A stretch of 63,594 bases of DNA, the filler included. It is 15 parts of 15 records of this genome, joined end to end, with 100 filler letters (N's around TTAATTAATTAA, not from the genome) between each part and the next. Parts side by side here need not be neighbours in the genome. Positions count along the whole stretch, not along the records: positions 1 to 6,531 come from SRR15195285_9423; positions 6,632 to 11,255 come from SRR15195285_9427; positions 11,356 to 16,850 come from SRR15195285_9447; 12 more parts are not named here. One strand, 5' to 3'. The notes beneath the pieces are model-generated. The model saw only the letters and a program-made list of their open reading frames with translations, searched no databases and was not told the DNA's origin. Below, piece by piece: positions 1 to 11,719 of the stretch. Numbering within the stretch: position 1 is the first letter of the stretch; every line of letters starts with the position of its first letter. The translations under genes were made by a program, and so were the position numbers.

Positions 1-26
1 CCGGGCATAAGGCCTTATGCCCGGTG
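1..26. repeat. Perfect 24-bp palindrome CCGGGCATAAGGCCTTATGCCCGG(TG), copy of a dispersed hairpin element
   Basis: Self-complementary over 1-24. The arm CACCGGGCATAAGG/CCTTATGCCCGGTG recurs at 35843-35870. Confidence 0.85.
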
Positions 27-144
27 ACACCCATCAATCTTTGGAGTGAACAACGAAGCTTTGGCGAAAGACGTCCGCGCTTTGGCAAAGGAGAGCACGA
101 TAGATAATTATGCGCAATAGACTCGATGCAAATTTGTATTGCTT

Positions 145-3100
145 TCATCCGATCTTTGTAGGATCGGTCTCCACTGGCTCCGGTGACGTAGGCAAAGTGT
201 CGAAGTCTCGGTCGGTAGCTTTAGTCGTCTCGCTGGCTTGGGCTAGCGGATTGGACTCGAACATGCCAGGAGCTGCTGCCTTGCCCTCGGCTAGTGCTGT
301 TTCCGCGTCCCACAAAGCCATTTCTTCCTTGTTGTAGACGCAAAGGCTGTACACCGTCGGAGCTGGAAGACCTACGGCAAAAATCAATACGATGAACCAG
401 CCGTAGCCTTCCACCGGGAAGATCTCGTCAGCGAAGACTTCATCATCCTCCGAGTTTCGCAAGATCAAGCTAACAGTGTACGTCAATAGCAACGCCATGT
501 GTCCAGCTGAGTCAATCTGGTTGTGAGTCTTGCGTACATAGGGAAATATCTGCCAAGCAAGATTTTGCAGTGAACACATTTGGAAGTTGCTGGCAAAACA
601 AAACAAAAAACTACAGGTTCCACCAGGCTATACAATCTCTTGTGAGGAAAGTAGTTGTGTCACACCCGCATATGATACATGAGAAAGGTCGCTTCAACCA
701 CCTACCAGACAGTGTGGCGTTAGCTTCTCGTAGGATGCGGGCAAGAATTGACTACAATTGATGCCACATACTGCAACAAAATAGCTCTGTGCCATAGTGC
801 CACGCCCGACGAATATAGAGAGACCACCGAGAAGCAGCTTCCGTGAGTATCTGCCACAGAAACATGCGCACGGCGTGTCGGGCTACGACAGAACTAAGGC
901 ATCAACACGCATCTACTCACGTGACGATTTCATAATACCAGTACCTGAGGGGCAGCACGGTGGTCAGTGCTGAGCGGCCAAGCCCAACCACAAGCTGCAC
1001 ACGGAGGCTGCGGGTGTACACAGAATCAATCAAATTCTGTCTCCTAGGTGGTCTATTAGCATGAACCCCACAGTATGCACTAGCAGGGCTCAGCTGATGA
1101 GTCAGAAAAGCCGAATCGATTTCGCAAGAAAGGAGTGTGCAGTCGTTTTGCGTACCGTGGTTGCAGATCATGGCACAGGAAGCCGAAATTGTCTTCTGCG
1201 TCATCCACCTCTGCAGCACATAGCTTTGCACCACCTAGCACAGTGACGCTTGGCTTACCTCCGGGCAGTTGTGATTTTGCCCGCCACATCATCCACAAAA
1301 ACGCAGCCGGTACCCCGACCGGGATGATGAAGATAAACACAGCAGAGAAGACCGTCGTGAGCAGAAACAAGCTGCTGTCGCAGTCTATTGCTGCGCAGTG
1401 ACATTGCGTTGGAGCACATTTAGCGTCACGAATTACGCAGGTACAATAGTCAGCATTGCACGGTGTGGGGGTTGGCTGGGGGAATCGTACTAAAGTCATC
1501 TTCGTGGAATGCATTTTGTCCTAGCTGTTCGCACTGGGGAACCCGAAATAAGGTTGCTGTGACCATCGGATAAACCAGGAAAATTGTCGCGAAGATGTTG
1601 TGCCGCAAATTGACCGCAGCCTGATTGAACGCAGATTCATCTGCAGCACCCATTTGAATTGTTTGTGCGATTGTGCGCCGCTTTTTTAGATACAGAAATC
1701 CACAGATGGAGGAGCACAGAGCTGGGACCAGAAATACATTGGTTGCCAACCTTCCATAGAAGCCACCTGCAAGGCACAATCATTGTCACACGTGTGTACC
1801 AAGACATAACCGTGTGCTGAGGCGATTCCAACAAGGGCACGCGTCCGATTCATGTGCGCACCAATATCCCAGCAATCGAGCTGCAACAGCTTAAGAACGT
1901 CAAGAGAAAACAAAGACAATATGTCGACCAAAAATGGGACTGGCTGAGGAAATACAATGGCAAGGACGTTGCCCATCTGTGAAAGCTGCTGCCAGAAGCC
2001 AATCACGAGCCGCAAATCTGTGATTAGCCCATGGTCTGCGAACTTGTTTAGTACACCGCTGAGCACAATGCCAGTAGCGAGCGCCACCATCACCAACGCG
2101 CCAACAATGAGCACGATGTTTACGCTCTCGTCGTCGCAAAGCTCGCAGGCTCTTCCTACCTTTATGTGATGGTATTCGTCATCACAATTGGCGCAGATAG
2201 GCCCGCTCGATCCAGCGCCGCACTGGGCATCAAAGGCAGAAATTGCGAAGTTGCCATCTAGTCCGACCTGCCATTCTGCTGTCGATATCGTGCGATTCTT
2301 CAGCGGTCCTCCAGGACACGCCGCCTGTGCAACCTCCACATCGCCCTTGCAGCGGTAGGCTTGTCGATGCCCATAGAATGCCCAGCCTGGTTGTAACGAT
2401 GGCGACAAAGATTCTGTGCAGTCCATACAGGAAGGGCACTCAATGCAACTGTCACCAAGATCTAGCTCTACGCTCGAAATTCCATTGCAGCTCACGGCAC
2501 CTATGTCAGTGGGGTTGTAGGTGTTTCCTTCGCAGACACATTTGGTGCGTTCCACATTTGCCACTTGGCCATCGTCACAACGTTGACACCGATTGCCGTT
2601 GCCATATTTATTGTAGTGGTCGATCTGGCACAGCACACACGAACCCTGGTCCTCAGTGGGCTCTTTGCCCGCTGGACACGGTGTACACTGCTCGTCGTGT
2701 ACCGTACGGTGGGTTCCATCCTCGCAAGCTACGCACTCGGTACGCCTTTCATTGTGCGTTTGTCCGGCGTGACAAGGACTGCAGTTGTCCTCCACCTCCT
2801 CCGACGCATAGTTGTCTGGACACTCCGCGCAGCTGTCTTGCTCGTCCGTAGGCTGCTTGCCAGCGGGACAAGTTTCACACACATTGCCGTTGCCGTATGT
2901 AGTCTTCGGGCATACATCGCAAAAAATACCGTCAGATCCGTCTTGCTGTACGCACTGCTGACCAATATTACATGCTCCAGGGCGACACGAATCCACGTCC
3001 ACCGTCGATTCCACAGAACCAGCTTCAACTATTGATTCTCTGATGATGAGGTGCCGGGCTCCAACTATTTTCAGATTGCTTCCGCTCCCTGCCGTGTTGT

Positions 3101-6100
3101 TTTCAAACCTGGAGCTAAGTATGTTGATGGATGCTCCCGGGCTGGACGAGAAGAGGGCCCCGCCACTTCCGTAGGGCACAGTAAAGTCTACTGAACGCCA
3201 CATAGTTACGCCGTATGGACAAGGATTAGGTGTGTCGGCCCGGGGATTACCTGCCACGGCCAACCGTTCAGCACAGCGATTGAAATTCAGAACGAACATG
3301 ATGCAAAGAAATCGAAAGCGATAGCAACACCTCATGTACGAGTTGAATTCATGTATACGTACCCATCCAGCAGCCAGGAGAGACGACATATTCGGTGTAT
3401 CCAGGCTCGGTGAAGCCTGCCGTGTTGGTTGCATCAGGGGCCGCCCTGTTGTCCGTAAGGGGTGGGTCCGTCAAAGGGTCAACCAGTCCCACGATATCTA
3501 TCCACGCACCGCCTGTCCACCCGGAGACACCATCCGCCATGAACGCAGTACTCCCGTACCATAGCTTGTGGGGTCCTGGGGTTAGGTACAGAACTTCCGC
3601 GTAGTCTGATCCCTGGTTGAGCACCGGGGTATCGGTGGTCCGGTTGCTCCCAAACACAGTCTCATGCTCTGGTACAGCACCATCGACACAGCCTTTGGGT
3701 TCCAGCCCAGGTCTCCACCCATCCTCCGTACGACAATCGATCGCGCCACTCCCGTTCGCAGCTGGCAGGTTGATAGGCCTCGGCCATGGTAGTGCATCCT
3801 GCCACAAACTGTCCGAGTTGTTGCAGACTCCATTGCAAACGCTAAACGGTTCTTCACCGTCAATTTTCCAGACAGGAAAATTGAGTGCTTGCAAGGAGGC
3901 CTCGATCCCGCTAGGAGGCTGCCCCATGGTGCCTGTATGGACTCGCACATACACCGGGACAAGTATGACGCCACCGGCTGGCTTTGCGATAGCGTTGCCA
4001 AGGAAGACCGAATTCACAATGGCTAAGCTGCTTCCTCTGAAAGCCAGCGCTCCACCTTGCTTGAATGCTATGTTGTAGGCAAAATGGCATTGAAACACCG
4101 TGAAGTTTGTGCCACTGGACCCCATAAGATTTACTGCTGCCGCTGTGCGAGCTCTGGAATTTTTGAAAGACGAGTACTCCAATCGGCCTGAGCCGTATGT
4201 CAACACGAGCCGCAAAGCTCCTGCATCCGCTGCGCTCTGGAAATCAGTCTCACCAGCAAGAGCGCCCACAGAATCTGTTTCAATGTGGCTCCATAGAAAT
4301 ATGGCGATGTTTGATCCACCCGGAGAGTTGACGAAAACTGAGCCGTCCCACGGGGTGAACGCATCATTCAGATTGTTTGCCCAGTTGTATCGATGTGTGG
4401 AGTTAGACCACACGAGTGTCCCCGGTCCGTCAGCTTCATTCCACGTCGCCTGCCCTTGTGGAGTATACCAGACGCTGTAATTCTGAACGGTCACGTCGTG
4501 CAAGAAGATGTCAAATCGCGTGTCAAGTTCAGGGGCGTCATCATGGGCATCTGAACCAGGAAACGAGTAATGGTTCCAAGCTGACGTGAAGCCATTGATG
4601 CAGCCCCACCGTCCTTGAGAAGTGGTTGGGCCCAAGGTTTCGTCCTCGCACATCCCATCTCCGCGGTTAGCGCCCTGATACATCACGCTGCGTTGCTGTA
4701 GATCGTACGGTCCAAACTTGTCCTTCATGTTTGCGTAGAACCACGAGCCCCAGTCATGTCCAACGATCGCAGTGTTATCTACCCAGACGACACGGTCGAT
4801 GGACATGTGCATCGGGTGTGTATTCACAATTCGCATTCCGCCACCCACCCAGGCAGCATTGCTCCAAAAGATCGAGTCCTTGATAGATATGCTGATTCCA
4901 CATCCAGCCGATGTCGTAGGTGGGTAAGGCTGTCCCGCATCTCTCTTACTCGCAATAGCTTCTCGTGATAGGCCGACATAGCACTGCTCTGGAGTGATTT
5001 CTTCGCCACGCCCAGCAAACATAACGGCGCCTCCGCTGCCAGAGCCAAACAAGCCGTTGTGATCAAATACACAATGGTCGAAGATAACCGCCGCTCCAAA
5101 ACCACCTTCGTAGTAGAAAGCTCCCCCCATCCTCGCGTCTGGTCGTTGCGAGAATGGGCGTGTGGCATCGAGGGGGCCGCCAGTCATGTACACGTCTAGT
5201 GGACCAGTTTGTCCCGACTGTCGAACGTAGCGCAAGACTACGCTAGCATTAGTCAGGGCGAAGGGGTTTCCAGATGCCAAACGTACGTTCAGTTCGACTG
5301 GGATTCCATTTTCTAAGCCTCCTTGGATGATCCACTTTTCGTCTTGTGGAATATAGATCGAATGGTCCGGAACGAAGCCTAGCACGGTTATCATCCCTTG
5401 CCAACCATCTGTTTCAAAAGACGTTCGTGTGAGTGTGAAGTTGTTGTCAAACAGACATGTCGTGAACTCTTGTATGCCTATGATTCCCTCGTGAGAGTAC
5501 GCCCACGGGCCCATATGACTGCCATCGTTCACCCCCACATCGTCTAGTTGCCAAACGATGGTGGCAGCGTCGTTTGTTGCCGAAGTCTCGACTCGTATCA
5601 TATAGTCAGTGCATGCACCGACTGCGAATTGCCCTCCCGCAATAGGTTCAAAGTCTTCCTCTCCAATGGCAAGATGCGTGTGGTCTGACTCGTGTATCCC
5701 CGAAAACACGCACGAGCGGTTCTCCGTGGCGTTTGCGACTTGTGTGTTTCCTGCGATGTCAAACTCTGCGTTGTAAACGGTGATGATATCGGTGCATACG
5801 GCACCTTGTCCAACAACAAACTCAACTGGATCGGGTTCAGCCCCTGACAAAACAGCTGTAGATGGGACCAGGGTGTGCCAGTCGAGTCGAGTAGAAAGCC
5901 TATCGAACAAATCATCACCATCCGTCCCGTCATTGCTTGGCCATCGGCGTCCCTCGGGCGCGGTCGAGTTGTAAGAAAAGCATTTAATCTTCGGATCGCT
6001 AGCGCTTGGGTCGGAGAAATATTGATCCCGCAAGCCATTTTGTCCGAGGCACCTCGTCATAGCTGCGGGCGGGGGAGGCATCGGGAGGAGCGACGTGCCA

Positions 6101-6471
6101 TCAGGGAGCGTGGCCAGCACCGCGTTATCGTCGCTCAGGCGAGCTGTCCACCCGCTCCTGAGTTCGCGAGTGTAGCGTTCTACAAGCGGATCTGTGGCTT
6201 GCGCACGTCTGCGGTTGTGTGTATCCTTGCCAAGCTTCGCTGCCGCAGCGCCATCGCGTACCGTCTGTAGCCCCTCCAGCATCTTGTGGCCCAATGGCAC
6301 CACTACAGCTTCTGCGGGCAGGTACAGCTCCAGGCCCTGAGTAAGGTCCGAGAGTGTGACATCATCCGTGGCAAAGCTTTCCGCCGGACCAGCAGCATCG
6401 GCCACACTCCGCAGCACCAACAACGTAGAGAGCACCATGGTCTGCACCCAGCTCAACAGCGGGTATGCCAT
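145..6471 (-). CDS. Large multi-pass membrane/surface protein: signal peptide, Pmp/pectin-lyase-like beta-helix region, GCC2/GCC3-type (ephrin-receptor-like) Cys repeats, C-terminal multi-TM domain; 8 exons
   Basis: Manual splicing keeps frame through GT-AG introns 3251-3362, 1767-1861, 1391-1490, 945-1155, 851-920, 702-771 and 550-665, with 24-nt (921-944) and 36-nt (666-701) micro-exons. Motifs: GGA..F..N (GGAFYY, GGALAF), CxxCPAG repeats, YWYYEIVTYSRKLLL, FPY...N..D. Confidence 0.85.
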
Positions 6472-6531
6472 TGGTTGCAGCTGTAGCCGACGAACGCCCG
6501 CGCCGGCGGCGCTCGCGCGCGCGCGCTCGCT

Positions 6532-6631
6532 NNNNNNNNNNNNNNNNNNNNNNNNNNNNNNNNNNNNNNNNNNNNTTAATTAATTAANNNNNNNNNNNNN
6601 NNNNNNNNNNNNNNNNNNNNNNNNNNNNNNN
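6532..6631. other. Artificial contig-joining linker (N-run + TTAATTAATTAA + N-run, 100 nt); first of 14
   Basis: The same 100-nt spacer with stops in all six frames occurs at 6532, 11256, 16851, 20122, 23253, 27801, 31871, 35871, 39986, 43469, 48302, 51695, 55610 and 58785. It defines 15 independent contigs. Confidence 0.99.
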
Positions 6632-6840
6632 GGTCCGCCGACCCAGGAATCACATTGTGGTAGCCTGGCGGGTCTGTGCCCCGGGTCCGCTATTGATAAT
6701 TCGCGCGCGCCGAATCGCATCACTCGCGCTGCGTGGTGCGTGGTGTGAGTTCTGAACTCTGCGTGCGTGGACCACACAGCGAGTGCCTGCCTCAACGTGC
6801 CCGCGAGGCTCGCGGCTCCTCGTCGCCAGGTAGCGCTGCT

Positions 6841-8670
6841 ATGCTTCTCGCCTCGCTGCTCAGGCTCGCCACCGCGAGCGATGTCGGCGCCTCGGGCACT
6901 GCACTCGCCATCGCTGACAGCACTGTGCCAGCAAACGTGCTCTTCTTCGACATGGACGCTGCCGTCATCGCTGAGAGCTTGGACTACGAGGAGCAGCTCG
7001 TGGCGTTCGTCTTCGAGGGGCTCGTCAACGAGATGTCCCTTTCCGCCCCCACTGTGATGTTCAAGGCTGGCTACATGAACTATGATTGGCCGGGTTCGGA
7101 CGAGTACTGGAACGGCTGGCTCACGGAGCAGAAGCGGGCCACTTTCACGAACGTCAGCAGCTCCACACTATGTGGTCTCGTGAAGGAAGCGGACCCCCAC
7201 AAGCGGATCCAGGGTGCCGTGCTGTATGAAACCACGCGGGAGGCGCAAGAGGAGTGGGCGGTGCCGATCGCTACGACGATCGCAGCGCAGCAGTCCCTGC
7301 TGCCCGTCACGCCGGCGATCCGCGCCAAGCACCCGTGCCTCGCCTCGCTCGCTGTCGTCACCGACCTCACCAAGAACACTGCAATGGCAAGCGCGGACAC
7401 AGCCTGGGAATGGGCGTTCACCAATCTCCTCCCCCATGCATCCAAGACCGTCGCCTACAATCTCTATCACACGGCACCTGCCATCTACACAGATCCGCAG
7501 TCAAACGCCACGCTCGCCAACGTCGACTGGGCCGTCCAGCAGAAGGCGTTCATCATGAACTTCAAGACGGGCAATGCCGTCGCGACTGAGGTCAACCCCC
7601 TCTTCTCCAAGGCGCTGGCCAGCATGGACCCACTATTTTCCATGTACGGGTGGGCAGACAACGAATTTAGTCTGGTATGGATGACCGAGTCGTCGGGTGC
7701 TGGTCCAGACGGCACCAAGAACGGCACTGCTGCGGGCGGTGGAGGCGCAGTGTTCTGCAGTTTCGCGACGCCGAACCTCTCGTTCTGGAAGCTACTCGGA
7801 CTGCCAAACGGCCAGACGAAGGCTCGGCCGCTACCTGTCTACGACCGCAAGATGAAGTATGACAAAACGAAAAAGTATGTGCTGATGGAGACTAACGAGG
7901 GTGACACGCCACGCATCGTGGTCTCTGCCTTCTCCAAAGCTTGGACTGATCCACGGCGCGGCACGCTACCTATCAGCTGGGCCATTGACCCACAGCTTGG
8001 AGAGCAATTCCCAGCGCTGTTCGACTACTTCTCACAGACTGCCGGCGTCAACGACTCTTTCATATCTGGTCCGGGTGGTTGTGGCTACGTCTATTACGGC
8101 CGCATGACGGACCCTCAGATACACAGCTTTGCAATGCGATGCGGTCGGCTAATGAAGGACTATGGACCCGCTGTGATCGACACTTTTGGCCAAACCTCGG
8201 CTGTGTCTAACGCTGGCGCCGACAATCCGCAAGATCAGACCGTCTTGTTGCTGCAGAACTTCTCGAAATACGCAGCAAAGGGAGGAGTGGCGCCACAGAT
8301 GTATATCTCACAGCCGACAAACAACATCAAGTACTCTTACCACGCATGCGACCAGGCCAAGCTAGACGTGTGGACTGCGGACGGCACGCCCATCGTGTGC
8401 ACCGCCAGTGGAGGCGTCTTTTATGTCATGCCGAGCATCGGCGGCGGTAGAAAGTTGGCGCAGCACATCAACATGGTGGCGGGCAATGGCACGCAGTTCA
8501 TCACGACATATGGGGGCTTGCGCTGGACGACGACCACGAGCAACTCGAAGGACGACAATCTGTACACGTTTTGGGGGGATACCATCACAAACTTGAACGA
8601 GGACATCATTGCGGTGGGTGCGCAAGAGATGGCACGCCTCGCACGCGAAGCGCACGCGGAGGTCGAGTAA
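6841..8670 (+). CDS. GxGYxYP-family putative glycoside hydrolase, secreted, intronless
   Basis: ATG 6841 followed by a hydrophobic leader. Motifs YGWADNE, NLSF, EGDTP, RGTLPISWAIDP and DSFISGPGGCGYVYY match the GxGYxYP C-terminal domain. Confidence 0.8.
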   Translation: MLLASLLRLATASDVGASGTALAIADSTVPANVLFFDMDAAVIAESLDYEEQLVAFVFEGLVNEMSLSAPTVMFKAGYMNYDWPGSDEYWNGWLTEQKRATFTNVSSSTLCGLVKEADPHKRIQGAVLYETTREAQEEWAVPIATTIAAQQSLLPVTPAIRAKHPCLASLAVVTDLTKNTAMASADTAWEWAFTNLLPHASKTVAYNLYHTAPAIYTDPQSNATLANVDWAVQQKAFIMNFKTGNAVATEVNPLFSKALASMDPLFSMYGWADNEFSLVWMTESSGAGPDGTKNGTAAGGGGAVFCSFATPNLSFWKLLGLPNGQTKARPLPVYDRKMKYDKTKKYVLMETNEGDTPRIVVSAFSKAWTDPRRGTLPISWAIDPQLGEQFPALFDYFSQTAGVNDSFISGPGGCGYVYYGRMTDPQIHSFAMRCGRLMKDYGPAVIDTFGQTSAVSNAGADNPQDQTVLLLQNFSKYAAKGGVAPQMYISQPTNNIKYSYHACDQAKLDVWTADGTPIVCTASGGVFYVMPSIGGGRKLAQHINMVAGNGTQFITTYGGLRWTTTTSNSKDDNLYTFWGDTITNLNEDIIAVGAQEMARLAREAHAEVE

Positions 8671-8834
8671 AGCGCATTCTAATTCGAGCAACTGCGCCAG
8701 AAACTAGACCGTAGCTGCAATTTCGAATCCATCCTGCTCTCACACGTGCCGACCAGCACTACAGCAGCCAATCAAGTCAAAGCGCGGACGTCAGTTTCTC
8801 AAGGGATGATCACCTTCCTCCTCGTGAACTCTCA

Positions 8835-11202
8835 TCAAAACTTCGCCAACGCTTTGTTGCGTTGCGACGCTAGGGTTGTTTCCACGAGAAGCAATCCCGC
8901 AATACCTCCGCTTGCTCCGGCTGCAAAACCACGCTCCGCGCCTTCTCCCTGGCTGTAGGTGTGCAAACCTCGCCATGGCGTTTGGATTGCCATCCAACTG
9001 CCACCATCGTCTTCGCTAACGTCGGCACCACTAGGCCCGAGCGCCAGGAGCATCGTTCCCCCGGGCGTGTCGATATATGCCACAACAGATCGGAATCCAC
9101 CGGTGGCCGCTGCGAGCTGCCACGATATCCCACCATCAGTTGTCACGGCAACGTTGTCCACAGCCTCGTCCTCAAGCTGATAGTCCCCTCCAACTGCCAC
9201 GCCATGTTGACAGTCGCGGAACGTGAGAGAAAAGATCCCCGCTGAGGCACCGCTACGAATTGGTGTTGTTGAGATCTGCCATGACTGGCCGTATGTCACA
9301 CTGCGCAGGACGCGAGCTTGCCCTGCCGACGCTCCCATGCCTATCCAGGCAAGGCCACCGGCGCGCAAGGCCATATTCTTGCCGCTCGCAGCAAATGCGC
9401 CTTCGTGTTCAAGCGCCTGTGGTAGCGAGCCCTGTGGAACTACGTGCCAGTTCGCCCCACCGTCGCTGGTGGTGATAATCCGAAAGCACCCATCAACGGT
9501 GTCGCTGAAAGCAATCCCATGCTGTTTGTCGTCGTAGAACCCCAGGAAGTTGTAAAACGCCCTCTCCTCTTTGTTGATGAACATCGTCGCCCAATTCGCA
9601 CCGCCATCGATAGTACGCAAAATGCGGGACGATTCCCCAAAGCCAATGGACAGAATCACTGCGTCATGCTCGCTGAATGCGTGAACATCTCGAAACTCAA
9701 GATCACCAAGCCCGTCAGGTGAGACATCGATCCAAGTCGCTCCCCCGTCTGTGGTTCGGAGGACAGACCCGTGCGATCCAGTGACCCATGCCACATGATT
9801 GCTCACGGCGGAACTCCCACGAAAGGTAGGGCCAGGTGGCTCATGGCTGCTGCCAACCCCCGCGCCTCGGTGTTGCAGTGTCCAACCAGCCAAGCCGTCT
9901 GTTGGGCCGTGGGCGAGCGCTACCAGCGCTCGGTAGGTCTCCCTACTCCCGCAAGTGTCATTGGTGTGGGAGCGCCGGTAGCGAAGAAGAGAAGTCGCCA
10001 GCCCATGTGCTAGCTCCACCGCATCTGGAGACCCGTACGGCACGTTGTCGCGAGTGTCATTTGCAAGCTCTCCGTTATGTAGTCTCTGCAGGATGACTGG
10101 GAGATTTGTGTCCCAACAAGCGGCACAGTGCGGGTCGCTTCGCTTTGCGAGATTCGCCAGTGCTTGAACGATGAACCGAGGGCGGTAGTAGAGCGGCAAG
10201 CCGAAAAAGAGACCGCGTGCAACCTGCTCCTCTGCTTCGGCTGGCCCCTACGTGCACGCGACAGAAATTCCAAGCAGCGGCAGTTAGCAACACGAAGCAG
10301 TAGTGCGCACAGAAGCAACAGCAAGGATTTAGATGACAGAGTGCTGTACGTACTGGTGCTAGCGCCAGCCGTTCGTCGAGCGCCCGCACGAGGTGAGGAA
10401 CAGCTTGCGCTGGCACCATCGCGACTGCGTGCGCAGCAGCCTTGCTCTCACTCAGGAAGCTGAGCAAGATGTAGCCAACCAGGTCCAGCCGAGCCGTGCG
10501 CGGGGTGGAGTCGAAGGCGCCAAGCGGAAGCACCTCGCCTGGGCAACTGGGTGCCCACGCCGCAACGACTGCCGGAACTGCGCCGGCGCGCAGCAGCGCG
10601 GGGTGTGCCTCGGTGTGCTGCGCGAGCCGCACCATCGCGGCAAGCAGCCAGCGCAGTCCACACCGCGCCCGCAGAGCTACAACGCACCCACCAGCGACGC
10701 GTTTTGCCACGCGCTCAGCAGCACCCGGAGTGATGGAAATCGATCGGATCACACGGGCGGCGACCTCGACCAGCACCTGCACATCGGCTCGACTACCCGC
10801 TGGAACATATTCACCTGCCATCGTCAGGGCCAATGCAAGCTTGGCGTGGAGCTCCCCATCGAGTGATGCTCGCAGCTTGCGCTCGTCGGCTGCCGTGCCT
10901 CGCATGCCCTCGTCCGGCATGTGCACCGCCGCCACATCCTCGCGCACGCGAGTGAGCTCCGTCAATAGATTCGGGACGACCCGCGCGCTGCTGCTGAGGC
11001 CACCGGTGGCGTGTGGCACATCCCCGTAATGGGCGGAAGCGGGCCCTCCGCGGATCATCACCGCAAGGACACTGCCACTCACGGCACTTCCTCGAGTTCC
11101 CCCTCGGCGCGACGCGACAGCAGGCCCGCCTGGGGCGAGCGCGGAGAGCGGCGAGCCCCGAGCCGGCGCCAGGGCTCCCCTCGCTTCCTCCCCATGCAGC
11201 AC
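8835..11202 (-). CDS. Fusion of ARM-like helical N-terminus with a bacterial-type BNR/Asp-box beta-propeller (Ycf48-like/'oxidoreductase'-annotated family); 2 exons; start uncertain
   Basis: Intron 10248-10353 (GTACGT...CGTAG) joins ORF 10075..11202 in phase 0 to ORF 8835..10199. Repeated T/SxDGGxxW Asp-boxes; FRDVHAF, AFAASG and GVAVGGDY motifs. Confidence 0.75.
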
Positions 11203-11719
11203 AAATGCGCGCGTGCCACCGCGCGCGCCGCTGCTATGGTACTCGCAGCCCTATTNNNNNNNNNNNNNNNNNNNNNNNNNNNNNNNNNNNNNNNNNNNNT
11301 TAATTAATTAANNNNNNNNNNNNNNNNNNNNNNNNNNNNNNNNNNNNNNNNNNNNACGTGTGCAATGCACACGCGTCGGGTGGGATGACCCAGGTCCCAG
11401 CCTGTGACAGAATGAGAATCGTGCAAGCGCGCATGTGCTCACGGAGTCGTCGGCGCGACTCGGTTTGAACGCCACCCGCCGCACCCGCCGCGCGTTGACA
11501 CTGCCACGCCACCGCCAGCAGCGGTTTCCTGGCGCCACCACCGCTGCTGGCGCTGGCGCTGCTGCTGCTCGCGGTGGTGAGTGCTCGGCGGAGGGCAGGG
11601 GCGCGCTGGTGCGAGAGGGCAGGGGTTCAGGCAGCGGGAGGGGGAGGTGGTGCTGGTGTGTGGACGGCAGCGCGGGTGGGAGAGGGGCGGGTGGCGGGCT
11701 TGCAGCGCGGGCGGTCCGG

